From Thiotrichales bacterium (lineage in GTDB: Bacteria > Pseudomonadota > Gammaproteobacteria > Francisellales > CACEW01), in the NCBI GenBank assembly GCA_947476405.1, contig CANJQG010000006.1, positions 5,522 to 69,521 of the forward strand: a stretch of DNA of 64,000 nucleotides. Direction: 5' to 3'. Position 1 is the first letter of the stretch; the number at the start of each line of letters is the position of its first letter. The notes under the pieces are model-generated. The model had not been told where the DNA came from. It did no database searches and worked only from the letters and a program-made list of their open reading frames with translations. The position numbers and the translations under genes were made by a program. This document shows, piece after piece, positions 29,346-37,685 of the stretch.

Positions 29346-30554
29346 ATGCTTTCAGAAAAAACAATAGGAAAATCTGCAATACAAGATTTAGACGTCATCA
29401 TTATCGGTGCGGGCGCTGCAGGACTGCTCTGCGGAGCGACAGCCGGGCAACGTGGACGTCGTGTTTTGATCGTCGATCATGCAAATAAAGTAGGCAAAAA
29501 AATCCTGCTCTCGGGGGGCGGACGCTGCAATTTTACGCATCGCATGGCCAGCCCCGCACAATATCTCTCTGATAATCCCTTTTTCTGCATCTCCGCCTTA
29601 AAGCGCTACACCCCGCTTGATTTTGAAAATCTTGTGAAAAAATATCAGATTGCTTATCACGAAAAAGCACCCAATCAGCTTTTTTGCGATGATTCTGCCA
29701 AACAGATTCTTGATCTTTTATTAAAAGAATGTGGATTGGGGTGCGTTGAGATTAAGCTTCAAACCCCCATCACGCGCATTCAGAAAACAGATTCTTTTAT
29801 CATAGAAACCAGCCAGGGAATATTTCGCGCGCCCGCTTTAGTCATAGCCTGTGGCGGACCGTCCTTTCCCAGTATGGGCGCGAGCCCTTTTGGTTACCAA
29901 ATTGCAGAACAATTCGGCTTGCGTGTTTTACCCGTTCGTGCCGCACTGGTCCCACTGACTTTACACAAGCCAGATCTAGATCGCTTTGCGCCTTTATCAG
30001 GGGTTTCCCTCGATGTCATTGCCACCTGTCGCGGCCAGAGCTTTAAAGAAGCCATGCTCTTTACGCATCGTGGCTTAAGCGGCCCTGCGATTTTGCAAAT
30101 CTCCTCCTATTGGCAACCTGGAGATACCCTTGAAATCAATCTTCTACCCGACTTAGACCTTCCCCATATCCTGAAGGAAAACAGGCTCGCACGCCCAAAA
30201 ACGGAACTCAAAACGATTTTAGCAGGCTTATTACCCAGCCGCCTGGCTCAATTACTTTGCGAACACATGCTTCCCAATAAACCAATCAATCAATTCAACG
30301 AAAAAGAATATATAGAAATGGCGCATACGCTCCAGCATTTTAAGATCAAACCCAATGGAACAGAGGGCTATCGCACAGCAGAAGTCACTTTGGGCGGCGT
30401 TGACACCGATGAAATTTCCTCCAAAACCTTCGAGTCCAAAAAAATCCCCGGCCTGTATTTTATCGGTGAAGTGCTAGACGTGACTGGACATTTAGGCGGT
30501 TTTAATTTCCAATGGGCTTGGTCATCCGGATTTTGTTGCGGACAATTTGTATAG
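29346..30554 (+). CDS. HI0933/BaiN-family flavoprotein (YhiN-like)
   Basis: 402 aa. DVIIIGAGAAGL Rossmann motif, KILLSGGGRCNFT, C-terminal GLYFIGEVLDVTG. Confidence 0.85.
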   Translation: MLSEKTIGKSAIQDLDVIIIGAGAAGLLCGATAGQRGRRVLIVDHANKVGKKILLSGGGRCNFTHRMASPAQYLSDNPFFCISALKRYTPLDFENLVKKYQIAYHEKAPNQLFCDDSAKQILDLLLKECGLGCVEIKLQTPITRIQKTDSFIIETSQGIFRAPALVIACGGPSFPSMGASPFGYQIAEQFGLRVLPVRAALVPLTLHKPDLDRFAPLSGVSLDVIATCRGQSFKEAMLFTHRGLSGPAILQISSYWQPGDTLEINLLPDLDLPHILKENRLARPKTELKTILAGLLPSRLAQLLCEHMLPNKPINQFNEKEYIEMAHTLQHFKIKPNGTEGYRTAEVTLGGVDTDEISSKTFESKKIPGLYFIGEVLDVTGHLGGFNFQWAWSSGFCCGQFV

Positions 30555-30562
30555 GAGCATAC

Positions 30563-31504
30563 ATGAAAACACTAGCCCTTTTAATGGACCCTTTTGAAAA
30601 ACTGGTGATCTATCGCGATAGCAGCCTCATGATCATTGAAGCCGCTTTAAAACGAGGCCTCCAGGTTTTTGTCTTTGAATCGCAAGATTTAATGCTGGAA
30701 CAAGGCGAGGCCTCTGCCCACATGACCGAAGTATTATCCTGTGATATCACGCAAAAACCAGACTGGTATCAAATGGGCAAAAAAACTAAAAAAAATCTAA
30801 GCACAGTTGATGCGATTGTGATTCGCAAAGACCCTCCGTTTGACATTGACTATGTTTTTTTAACTTATTTGCTAGAACGCGCCGAAAAGCAAGGCGTAAA
30901 GGTTGCCAATTCCCCCTCTGCCATTCGCGACTGTAATGAAAAGCTGGTCATTTTTAACTTTCCCCAATGCATTGTCCCGACCATTGTTTCCTGTCACCGC
31001 GCTGATTTGCACGCTTTCTGGCTGGAACAAGGCGAAATTATTTTAAAACCCTTGGATGGCCTGGGTGGGCGCAATATTTTTTACCTCAAACCAGGCGATA
31101 CCAACTTTAGCGTGATGGTTGAAAATCTGACCCAGCACGGCAAACGACATATCATGGCGCAGCGCTATCTACCTGAAGTTCGAGAAGGTGACAAGCGCAT
31201 TATCCTGATTGATGGCGAGCCTGCGCCTCTCGCCCTCGCACGCATTCCCCGAAACGGAGAGAGCCGAGGCAACCTGTCCTCAGGCGGCCTCTTTCAAGCA
31301 CAGGACCTCACGCATCAAGACCGCTGGATCTGCCAACAAATCAGCCCATTCCTAAAAGAAAAGGGCATTCTCTTTGCCGGCCTTGATGTCATCGGTGACT
31401 ACATGACCGAAATCAACCTGACCAGCCCCGGCTGTCTGAGAGAAATCTCAAACGCCTGTGGCCAAAATCTAGCTGACTTGTTTTTGGATCGGCTTATCAA
31501 CTAG
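30563..31504 (+). CDS. gshB: Glutathione synthetase (prokaryotic ATP-grasp type)
   Basis: Collinear with E. coli GshB (RKDPPFD, LRDCNEKL, ILKPLDGLGGRNIF, GDKRIILIDGEP, RGNLSSGG, LTEINLTSP). Start trimmed to MKTLALLMDP with AGGAG 6 nt upstream. Confidence 0.93.
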   Translation: MKTLALLMDPFEKLVIYRDSSLMIIEAALKRGLQVFVFESQDLMLEQGEASAHMTEVLSCDITQKPDWYQMGKKTKKNLSTVDAIVIRKDPPFDIDYVFLTYLLERAEKQGVKVANSPSAIRDCNEKLVIFNFPQCIVPTIVSCHRADLHAFWLEQGEIILKPLDGLGGRNIFYLKPGDTNFSVMVENLTQHGKRHIMAQRYLPEVREGDKRIILIDGEPAPLALARIPRNGESRGNLSSGGLFQAQDLTHQDRWICQQISPFLKEKGILFAGLDVIGDYMTEINLTSPGCLREISNACGQNLADLFLDRLIN

Positions 31505-33284
31505 ATGGGCCTGATGCACTATGATCAAAAGGGACCACTTTATCCCCACCCAAAAAGCACCCACAAAAAACGCGGTGTACAACAGCAAAACAAGAAAACC
31601 TACCTTCAGCTTGAGGTACGGCCCCCCCAGCAGCCCCAGAACTACCGCTGAAAGCAGTAAAGAAAGCGTCAGGACTAGCTGAAGCTGCTACCGCTGGTGA
31701 AGCTGCTACCGGTGCTGAAGCTGCTACCGCTGGTGAAGCTGCTACCGGTGCTGAAGCTTCTAATTGAAGACTTAAACCAGTACCTGTGCCGCAACCACTG
31801 CCCGCACCAGCACCAGCAGCAGCATCTACTGCCTCAGATTGAACAAGACGCAAAGTGCGATCAACCACTTTGGAGAAATCAACCTGTGCGCCCTGCTGTG
31901 CTTTCGCATTATCTAAAAGATCACGCAACAATTGATTGGGAGCTACACCCTCTCCTCCTGCTCCAGCAGCAGCTTCAGAGTTTGATAAAAGCGCATTTTG
32001 AATCTGGCTAAAAAGATCTTTGTGCCAATCCCAGGATTCTGTAATACAGGAAAATATGGGAGTCCCCACTACAGATGCACGACGAGATGGAGCAGCAACT
32101 GGTGCCCCAACAACATCACCTTCAGCAAAGGCCAGGCGATTCATTTTAGCAAAATTAACTTCGCAAATCAGTGCATTAGAAATATTTACAAGTTCCTCTG
32201 GCGAAAATTCAACCCAATCTCCGCCACGTAAATAATGTCTCATCTTAAGCTTGAAGTCCGCTAATGGCTCACAGACTTGGCCGGAATCTTTTAACTCTGA
32301 AAAGGTACGGATGCTTTGACCTAATTTTATCATTGCCAGTGAAGTGCAATCAGCCTTGCTTACAACAAGCCCAGTCAAGCCACCACAAAAAGATTTTACA
32401 ATTGGATTCAATGCGCTAAAATTCACACCGGAACAATCTGATTTCGGAAAATCCTTAATTAACTCAACTGTAAGGCTGCGCTGCACATCCGCATGCCCCA
32501 TCGACTGGCAACCAGTCAAAACTGTTATTAAGCCCTTAGCATCTGTAGGATATAGTAGCTCATATATTTCCCAGAAAGGCTGCATCTGCATTTGACCTGA
32601 TTTATTGTTAAGAAAAATAGGCAGCGTCCCGGCGACAATCATGGTCTTAACAAACGCAGAAAATAAAGCAGCCTCCTCTGAATTCAAAGTATCCAAAAAA
32701 GGCTCCAGAACAGATAGAAGCAATGCAGCGCTCTGTTGCTCATCCTGAACACGGTTGCGCAAAAAAATCGCATCATGGAATAGGCCGCATAAAGATAAAA
32801 TCAAGGAAAACGCCTGGGGCATACGGCTTTTTTGAGCAAGGTACGCGACATCATGCATCATTTCGTAAGCATGGGGTGGAATGTGATAAGCGAGATGAAC
32901 ACGCTGATCGCATTGATACATTGCTAAGGAAACGAGATCAATCAATTTTTTAAAATTTTGACCTGCTACATCTGCTGGACCTGGATTAAATGATCCACGC
33001 AGTTCTGCATCCGCAGTCGATAAAGCTCCCAGTGTATAATTAGGATATTTATGATCAAAACATATAAAAATCTCCTTAAGAAATGAAACCCCAAGTCTTG
33101 GCATGATCTGATTAGCAGAAAACCACTGTGTAAAATTACTTAGCAGAGGAATCAATTGATCATTTTTTGCCGCCAATAAATCCATACAGGCTTTAACTTC
33201 CTCCATAGCATTCGAATACACCCCAGTTGGATCGCCTAGATTTATTCCTATTTCCTCCAAAGCTTTTGACAGGCTCCACATCAT
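31497..33284 (-). CDS. Large orphan protein (595 aa) with Ala/Gly/Ser-rich repetitive C-terminal third
   Basis: Uninterrupted ORF, no signal peptide, no family recognised. The C-terminal region contains (APVAASPAVAAS)x2 encoded by a DNA tandem repeat. Confidence 0.55.
   Translation of the reverse strand: MMWSLSKALEEIGINLGDPTGVYSNAMEEVKACMDLLAAKNDQLIPLLSNFTQWFSANQIMPRLGVSFLKEIFICFDHKYPNYTLGALSTADAELRGSFNPGPADVAGQNFKKLIDLVSLAMYQCDQRVHLAYHIPPHAYEMMHDVAYLAQKSRMPQAFSLILSLCGLFHDAIFLRNRVQDEQQSAALLLSVLEPFLDTLNSEEAALFSAFVKTMIVAGTLPIFLNNKSGQMQMQPFWEIYELLYPTDAKGLITVLTGCQSMGHADVQRSLTVELIKDFPKSDCSGVNFSALNPIVKSFCGGLTGLVVSKADCTSLAMIKLGQSIRTFSELKDSGQVCEPLADFKLKMRHYLRGGDWVEFSPEELVNISNALICEVNFAKMNRLAFAEGDVVGAPVAAPSRRASVVGTPIFSCITESWDWHKDLFSQIQNALLSNSEAAAGAGGEGVAPNQLLRDLLDNAKAQQGAQVDFSKVVDRTLRLVQSEAVDAAAGAGAGSGCGTGTGLSLQLEASAPVAASPAVAASAPVAASPAVAASASPDAFFTAFSGSSGAAGGAVPQAEGRFSCFAVVHRVFCGCFLGGDKVVPFDHSASGPSS
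31681..31758. repeat. Tandem repeat, 36-bp unit x2 (alternating 18-mers GAAGCTGCTACCGCTGGT / GAAGCTGCTACCGGTGCT) plus a partial unit
   Basis: Read directly. In frame within the 595-aa ORF. Confidence 0.9.
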
Positions 33285-33450
33285 TCACACCCCTTTATAG
33301 TTATTTTGATAAATTTAACGGGGCCAATAGTACATCATATTAATAATTAATGTCAACAATTTTTTATATATTTTAAATTAAATTTAAATCTTATGTTTGA
33401 TCAAAGGGGTTTATTTTGTTATAATGACTGAAACTTCAAACTGAAAATTC

Positions 33451-34215
33451 ATGATTTTGAGCACATACAGCCCTCGCGGCAGTGACATTTATTACGTATT
33501 GCGCAAGGTGCCTTTTAAAAAGAGGGAAGCCTATCAGGCCCTGCATGCCTTCTGCGCTGAGCTCAACCAAATCAGCGAGCATTACAGAGAACCCCAGGTG
33601 GCAGAACAAAAACTCTGGTGGTGGCAGGATGAAATCATACGCTTTTTTGAAAACAAGGCCGCGCACCCGCTCTTAACGGCGCTGATTCCTGAGCGCGAAC
33701 GGCTATCTAAAACAGCCCTTCTGGCCTTAATTGAGGCTAATCTTTTAAGCTTGAAAACCCATATTTTTGAAACCCGCGCTGAACTTTTCAAACATTATCA
33801 GCATCTAGGCGGAATTCAATTTGATTTAAAAGCGCAGATATTGGGGCAAACAAAAGACCCGCTGCTGCACCACGATCTGGGCATGCGCGCTGAAATACTC
33901 CGGCATCTCATCCAGTTTCGACATTTTTTACAAAAACAACATCTCTATTTTTCGCTAGAAGATTTTCGTCAATATCAAATTGATCCACAGCCTATTTTAC
34001 AGGGGCGCGAATTAAACACGTTGACGCCACTATTTGAAAATTATTTTTCCACATCATTAAATGAGAGACCGAACTATAAACTTGAATTAAAACCACTTTT
34101 TCTAGAGCTAAAGCTAAAGATCAAGCAAATTCAACAAATTAAAAATGATAACTGGCAGTGGTTCAAAAATAAAGTGGAATTAAATGCTTTACAAAAACTA
34201 TTTTTCACATTATAA
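33451..34215 (+). CDS. Squalene/phytoene-synthase-fold protein with degenerate Asp-rich motifs
   Basis: 254 aa. SDIYYVLRKVPFKKREAYQALHAFCAELNQISEH..LWWWQDEI aligns to the SQS/PSY N-terminal pattern (SFY..LP..R.A..alYaFCR.vDDiaD..L.wWr.ei), but DDxxD reads NQISE. Confidence 0.6.
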   Translation: MILSTYSPRGSDIYYVLRKVPFKKREAYQALHAFCAELNQISEHYREPQVAEQKLWWWQDEIIRFFENKAAHPLLTALIPERERLSKTALLALIEANLLSLKTHIFETRAELFKHYQHLGGIQFDLKAQILGQTKDPLLHHDLGMRAEILRHLIQFRHFLQKQHLYFSLEDFRQYQIDPQPILQGRELNTLTPLFENYFSTSLNERPNYKLELKPLFLELKLKIKQIQQIKNDNWQWFKNKVELNALQKLFFTL

Positions 34216-34316
34216 TCTTAAAATTATTTGCAATCACGCCTTTTACTTCTCTGCAAAACCCTATATAATTCAGGAATATCGTTTTATATTCACCCATTAT
34301 TTTAAGGAGCGCCACC

Positions 34317-35741
34317 GTGTTATTTAAACAGCCCAAACCTTTTTATATGATTTTCTTTATCGAAATGTGGGAGCGATTCGGCTTCTATGGCATGCAGGCC
34401 ATTATGGTCTTGTATCTTGTCAAACAAATGGGCTTTAGTGATGCGGAATCCTTTAATACCTACAGTGCTTTCACAGCCCTGATCTATAGTGTCATCGCGA
34501 TCGGTGGATATATTGGCGATAACATTCTGGGCACTAAACGGACTATTTTATTGGGTGCTATTTTTCTCGCACTGGGCTATGCGATTCTGGGCTTTCCGAA
34601 TCCTAATTCAATGTATTTTGGAATGGGCATGATTGTGGTTGGAAATGGATTTTTTAAAGCGAATCCCTCCAGCTTACTTTCTAAATGCTATAGCGAAAAC
34701 GACCCGCGTTTGGACGGTGCGTTTACACTTTATTATATGGCCATCAATATCGGCTCCTTATTTAGTATGCTGCTGGTTCCCGTCATTGTAAGCTATACCA
34801 ATTGGCAAGTTGGCTTTTCGATTTGCGCCGCGGGCTTACTGGTTGGGATTGCAAACTATTTTTACTTCTATAAAACCGTGAAAAACATTGACTCTGAACC
34901 CGGAAAACAACCCCTTCGATTTAAAACACTTTTGGTCATTATTGTCGGCGGACTGGTTGTTGCAGGCGTGGCCAGTTATGTTTTACGTCACCTGATCATT
35001 GCACACATTGTACTGATCCTGATGGCCGTCAGCATTCTCTATCTTTTCTTCGCTGAAATTGGTCGCTCAGAACCTGAATTACGTGGCAAACTGATTGCTG
35101 CATTAATCTTGATTATTCAGGGGATGATCTTCTTTATTCTCTATCAACAGATGCCGACCTCTCTTAATTTTTATGCGATCAATAATGTTCAACACTCCAT
35201 TATGGGCTTTGCCGTGAACCCGCTTTCATTTCAGGCCTTAAACCCCTTCTGGATTTTTATCATGAGCCCTATTTTAGCCTGGGGATATACCAAACTGGGT
35301 GCTAAAAATAAAGACTTGAGCATGCCAAGCAAATTTACATTGGGAATCACCCTTTGCTCGCTTTCTTTTCTTGTTCTCGCGCTGAGCCGATACTTTGGAA
35401 ACGCGCAAGGGATTGTCTCCTCCTGGTGGATCATTTTCAGCTACTTCCTACAAAGCACAGGCGAACTATTGGTGAGTGGCTTAGGTCTAGCCATGGTCGC
35501 ACATTTAGTCCCCCAACGACTAATGGGCTTTATCATGGGCGCATGGTTTATGGGCTCCGCAAGCGGCATTATTTTGGGTGGCATGATTGCTGGCTTGACG
35601 AATGTCCCCAGCAATATCGCACCGGGCGTTTACTCCCTTAATCTTTATGCCAGCGTATTCGAAAAAATCGGTTTTGGCTCCCTGATTATCGCAGTCATTA
35701 TGGCGATCTTTATCCCAAAACTGAAAAAAATGATGCAATAA
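34317..35741 (+). CDS. Proton-dependent oligopeptide transporter (POT/PTR2 family, DtpA-like)
   Basis: 474 aa with a GTG start. FKQPKPFYMIFFIEMWERFGFYGMQAIMVLYLV matches the ExxERFxYY motif and the DtpA N-terminus. Confidence 0.9.
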   Translation: MLFKQPKPFYMIFFIEMWERFGFYGMQAIMVLYLVKQMGFSDAESFNTYSAFTALIYSVIAIGGYIGDNILGTKRTILLGAIFLALGYAILGFPNPNSMYFGMGMIVVGNGFFKANPSSLLSKCYSENDPRLDGAFTLYYMAINIGSLFSMLLVPVIVSYTNWQVGFSICAAGLLVGIANYFYFYKTVKNIDSEPGKQPLRFKTLLVIIVGGLVVAGVASYVLRHLIIAHIVLILMAVSILYLFFAEIGRSEPELRGKLIAALILIIQGMIFFILYQQMPTSLNFYAINNVQHSIMGFAVNPLSFQALNPFWIFIMSPILAWGYTKLGAKNKDLSMPSKFTLGITLCSLSFLVLALSRYFGNAQGIVSSWWIIFSYFLQSTGELLVSGLGLAMVAHLVPQRLMGFIMGAWFMGSASGIILGGMIAGLTNVPSNIAPGVYSLNLYASVFEKIGFGSLIIAVIMAIFIPKLKKMMQ

Positions 35742-35801
35742 TCTTGCTTTTGGGAGCAAAATTATCAATAATGCTCCCTTCTGAATTGAAAGGAATAATC
35801 G

Positions 35802-36203
35802 ATGAAACCGAATACGCTTCGCTTACTATCCAGCAGTGCATTGCTTTTTGCCATGACCAGCACTTTTGCAGCAACGGGATATCTCTCACAAACCTCAGGT
35901 CAAATTACTTTGGCCCCCAAGGATGATGTATTAGTCGCCACTACGGTTGTGAATTGGGACCCGAAATCATCGGATCAACTTGAAGTTAAATGGCTTGCAC
36001 CCAAAGGCTTCTGCCAAAGCTCAATCTTTAATATCGCACGCGGCAATAATACCCAGCATGATGTCTCCTGGTCCTACCGCACGGTGACTCACCAACAGAC
36101 AAGCTGCACTGGAAAATGGCAGGTTTTACTGATCAACACCAGCACAGCCAAAACATTGAGTTCAGCTGGCTATGTGGTTTCACCGCTTGCTACGCAGTCT
36201 TGA
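35802..36203 (+). CDS. Small secreted two-Cys protein, family member C (133 aa)
   Basis: Signal peptide ending TSTFA. Shares D.L.VKW..P...C....I and C.G.W......N.ST.KTL..A.Y.VS with members A and B, but lacks the Ala/Thr linker. Confidence 0.6.
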   Translation: MKPNTLRLLSSSALLFAMTSTFAATGYLSQTSGQITLAPKDDVLVATTVVNWDPKSSDQLEVKWLAPKGFCQSSIFNIARGNNTQHDVSWSYRTVTHQQTSCTGKWQVLLINTSTAKTLSSAGYVVSPLATQS

Positions 36204-37611
36204 TCTCCGATAATAAGCGAAACACGATTGATTCCTGAGGCTTTAAACCAGGCAAAATTTCACTTAATTTTTTGGCAACCACATTATAATCCAAGACAAC
36301 GCCCGCTTCCTGTTCATATAAAAAGAGGACAAAGCGAATCGCCCGATCCACCAGCTTCGCATTAGATGGCTTAAGATTTGTCATTAAATTGCCATGATAA
36401 TAACCCAAGCGCCCCATCATCAAAGTAGAATGATTGACACAAATTAAGCGCAGCAAAAACGCAATCTCCAAAAGGCTTAAATCAGGCAGATCCAGCGCTA
36501 TCTTTTGACCTGAAAAAGACATTTCCAGAAATGATGTTTTCTGTATAATTCGGAGCATTTGAATCTTAGGCTGAATTTTTTTTAAAAAATCCAAAGCATC
36601 CATGCTTAAATCAAAACCGTAAATTCGATTTGAAAAAGCACGAACAGGCCGAGACAATAAAGCCTCCCAGGCAAACTGCTGCCCCCCAACCACATCTGAC
36701 AAAAGGACATACTGAAACAAAATCGGCGCAGCATCCTGCTGATTTGGAAAAGCGGGCAAATTAAAAGTGGGGGAACGCTCTGTCATATCAGCCAAAACAG
36801 GCATGGCCAAAGCAGCCTCAACCTCATATACCACAGCTTCCTGTCGCTGATGGCAGGCGGCCTCCCACTCAGTCAAAGGCAGAAAGAGCGACCAATCCAG
36901 CTTTTCATAAAAAGCGCGCCAACGCTTTCCATCAAATCCAAGAGGAAATAAAGCCTCCATAAGCGCAAAAGTCAAAGCAGTGGTGGCCTGCATCCGAGTA
37001 CTGCCCATCAAGGCCATCGGCCCTACCGTCAAATTCAGCAAAGCAAATCCAGCCTGACCCACGGGATGCTCTGCATGACGCTCCAGCAAAAGCGCATCTG
37101 GATTGCAATATAAAAACCACGGCTCAGCCTGCGTGATCGTTTGCGCATATCTGAGTGCACCTAAAATAAAGGGAGATTCCCCTCCGGCACTTAAGGCAAT
37201 CACGATATCTGCCGCAGAAAGGGCAAGTGCTTCAAGCTGCGCCACAGCATATTCAGGACGATCTTCGCAAGCTTCAACAGACTCAATTAAACTGATATCT
37301 CCACCCGCCAGAACTGAAATTAATGCATCCTGATTTGGCTGAGTAAAACGCCAGTCATGTTCAATCTGCGCCGCAATCCGCCCACTGGCACCACAGCCTA
37401 CGAGCATGACTCGCCCCCCTCGATCCATCACATGAAAACAGGCAGCCTGCAATTGTTTTATTTTTTCAGCCTGCTCACTCACCCGATCCAAAGCAGTATG
37501 ATCCAGCTCAGCTAATAGCGCATAAGCCTGCAATAGATCCGCTTGCGCGAGATGGGAAAGCGCTGTCGTTTTAGGATGGGACCCTTCCGTTATCAACGAT
37601 GAATGTGCCAA
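36190..37611 (-). CDS. SIS-domain protein, MurQ/GCKR-like N-terminal half with about 200-aa C-terminal extension
   Basis: 473 aa. GGRVMLVGCGASGRIAAQIEHDW, LAGGD..ESVEACEDR, LSAGGESPF and GSTRMQATTALTFAL parallel the MurQ etherase motifs. Confidence 0.6.
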   Translation of the reverse strand: MAHSSLITEGSHPKTTALSHLAQADLLQAYALLAELDHTALDRVSEQAEKIKQLQAACFHVMDRGGRVMLVGCGASGRIAAQIEHDWRFTQPNQDALISVLAGGDISLIESVEACEDRPEYAVAQLEALALSAADIVIALSAGGESPFILGALRYAQTITQAEPWFLYCNPDALLLERHAEHPVGQAGFALLNLTVGPMALMGSTRMQATTALTFALMEALFPLGFDGKRWRAFYEKLDWSLFLPLTEWEAACHQRQEAVVYEVEAALAMPVLADMTERSPTFNLPAFPNQQDAAPILFQYVLLSDVVGGQQFAWEALLSRPVRAFSNRIYGFDLSMDALDFLKKIQPKIQMLRIIQKTSFLEMSFSGQKIALDLPDLSLLEIAFLLRLICVNHSTLMMGRLGYYHGNLMTNLKPSNAKLVDRAIRFVLFLYEQEAGVVLDYNVVAKKLSEILPGLKPQESIVFRLLSEIKTA

Positions 37612-37685
37612 AATAGCCTCACTTGAAAAAAAATCACCCTTATTATATCATCTGAATTTATGTAAAAACCAGAGAACGGATCATC

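Noticed and set aside
31681-31758. Short direct repeats considered as a possible CRISPR array
   Set aside because: The units are contiguous with no spacers, only 18/36 bp long, in frame within a coding sequence, and no cas genes are present.
31697-32011. Plus-strand ORF beginning MKLLPVLKLLPLVKLLPVLKLL, which looks like a leucine-rich repeat protein
   Set aside because: It is the mirror image of the 36-bp tandem repeat read on the wrong strand. It lies wholly inside the much longer 595-aa minus-strand ORF and starts at a GTG with no ribosome-binding site.
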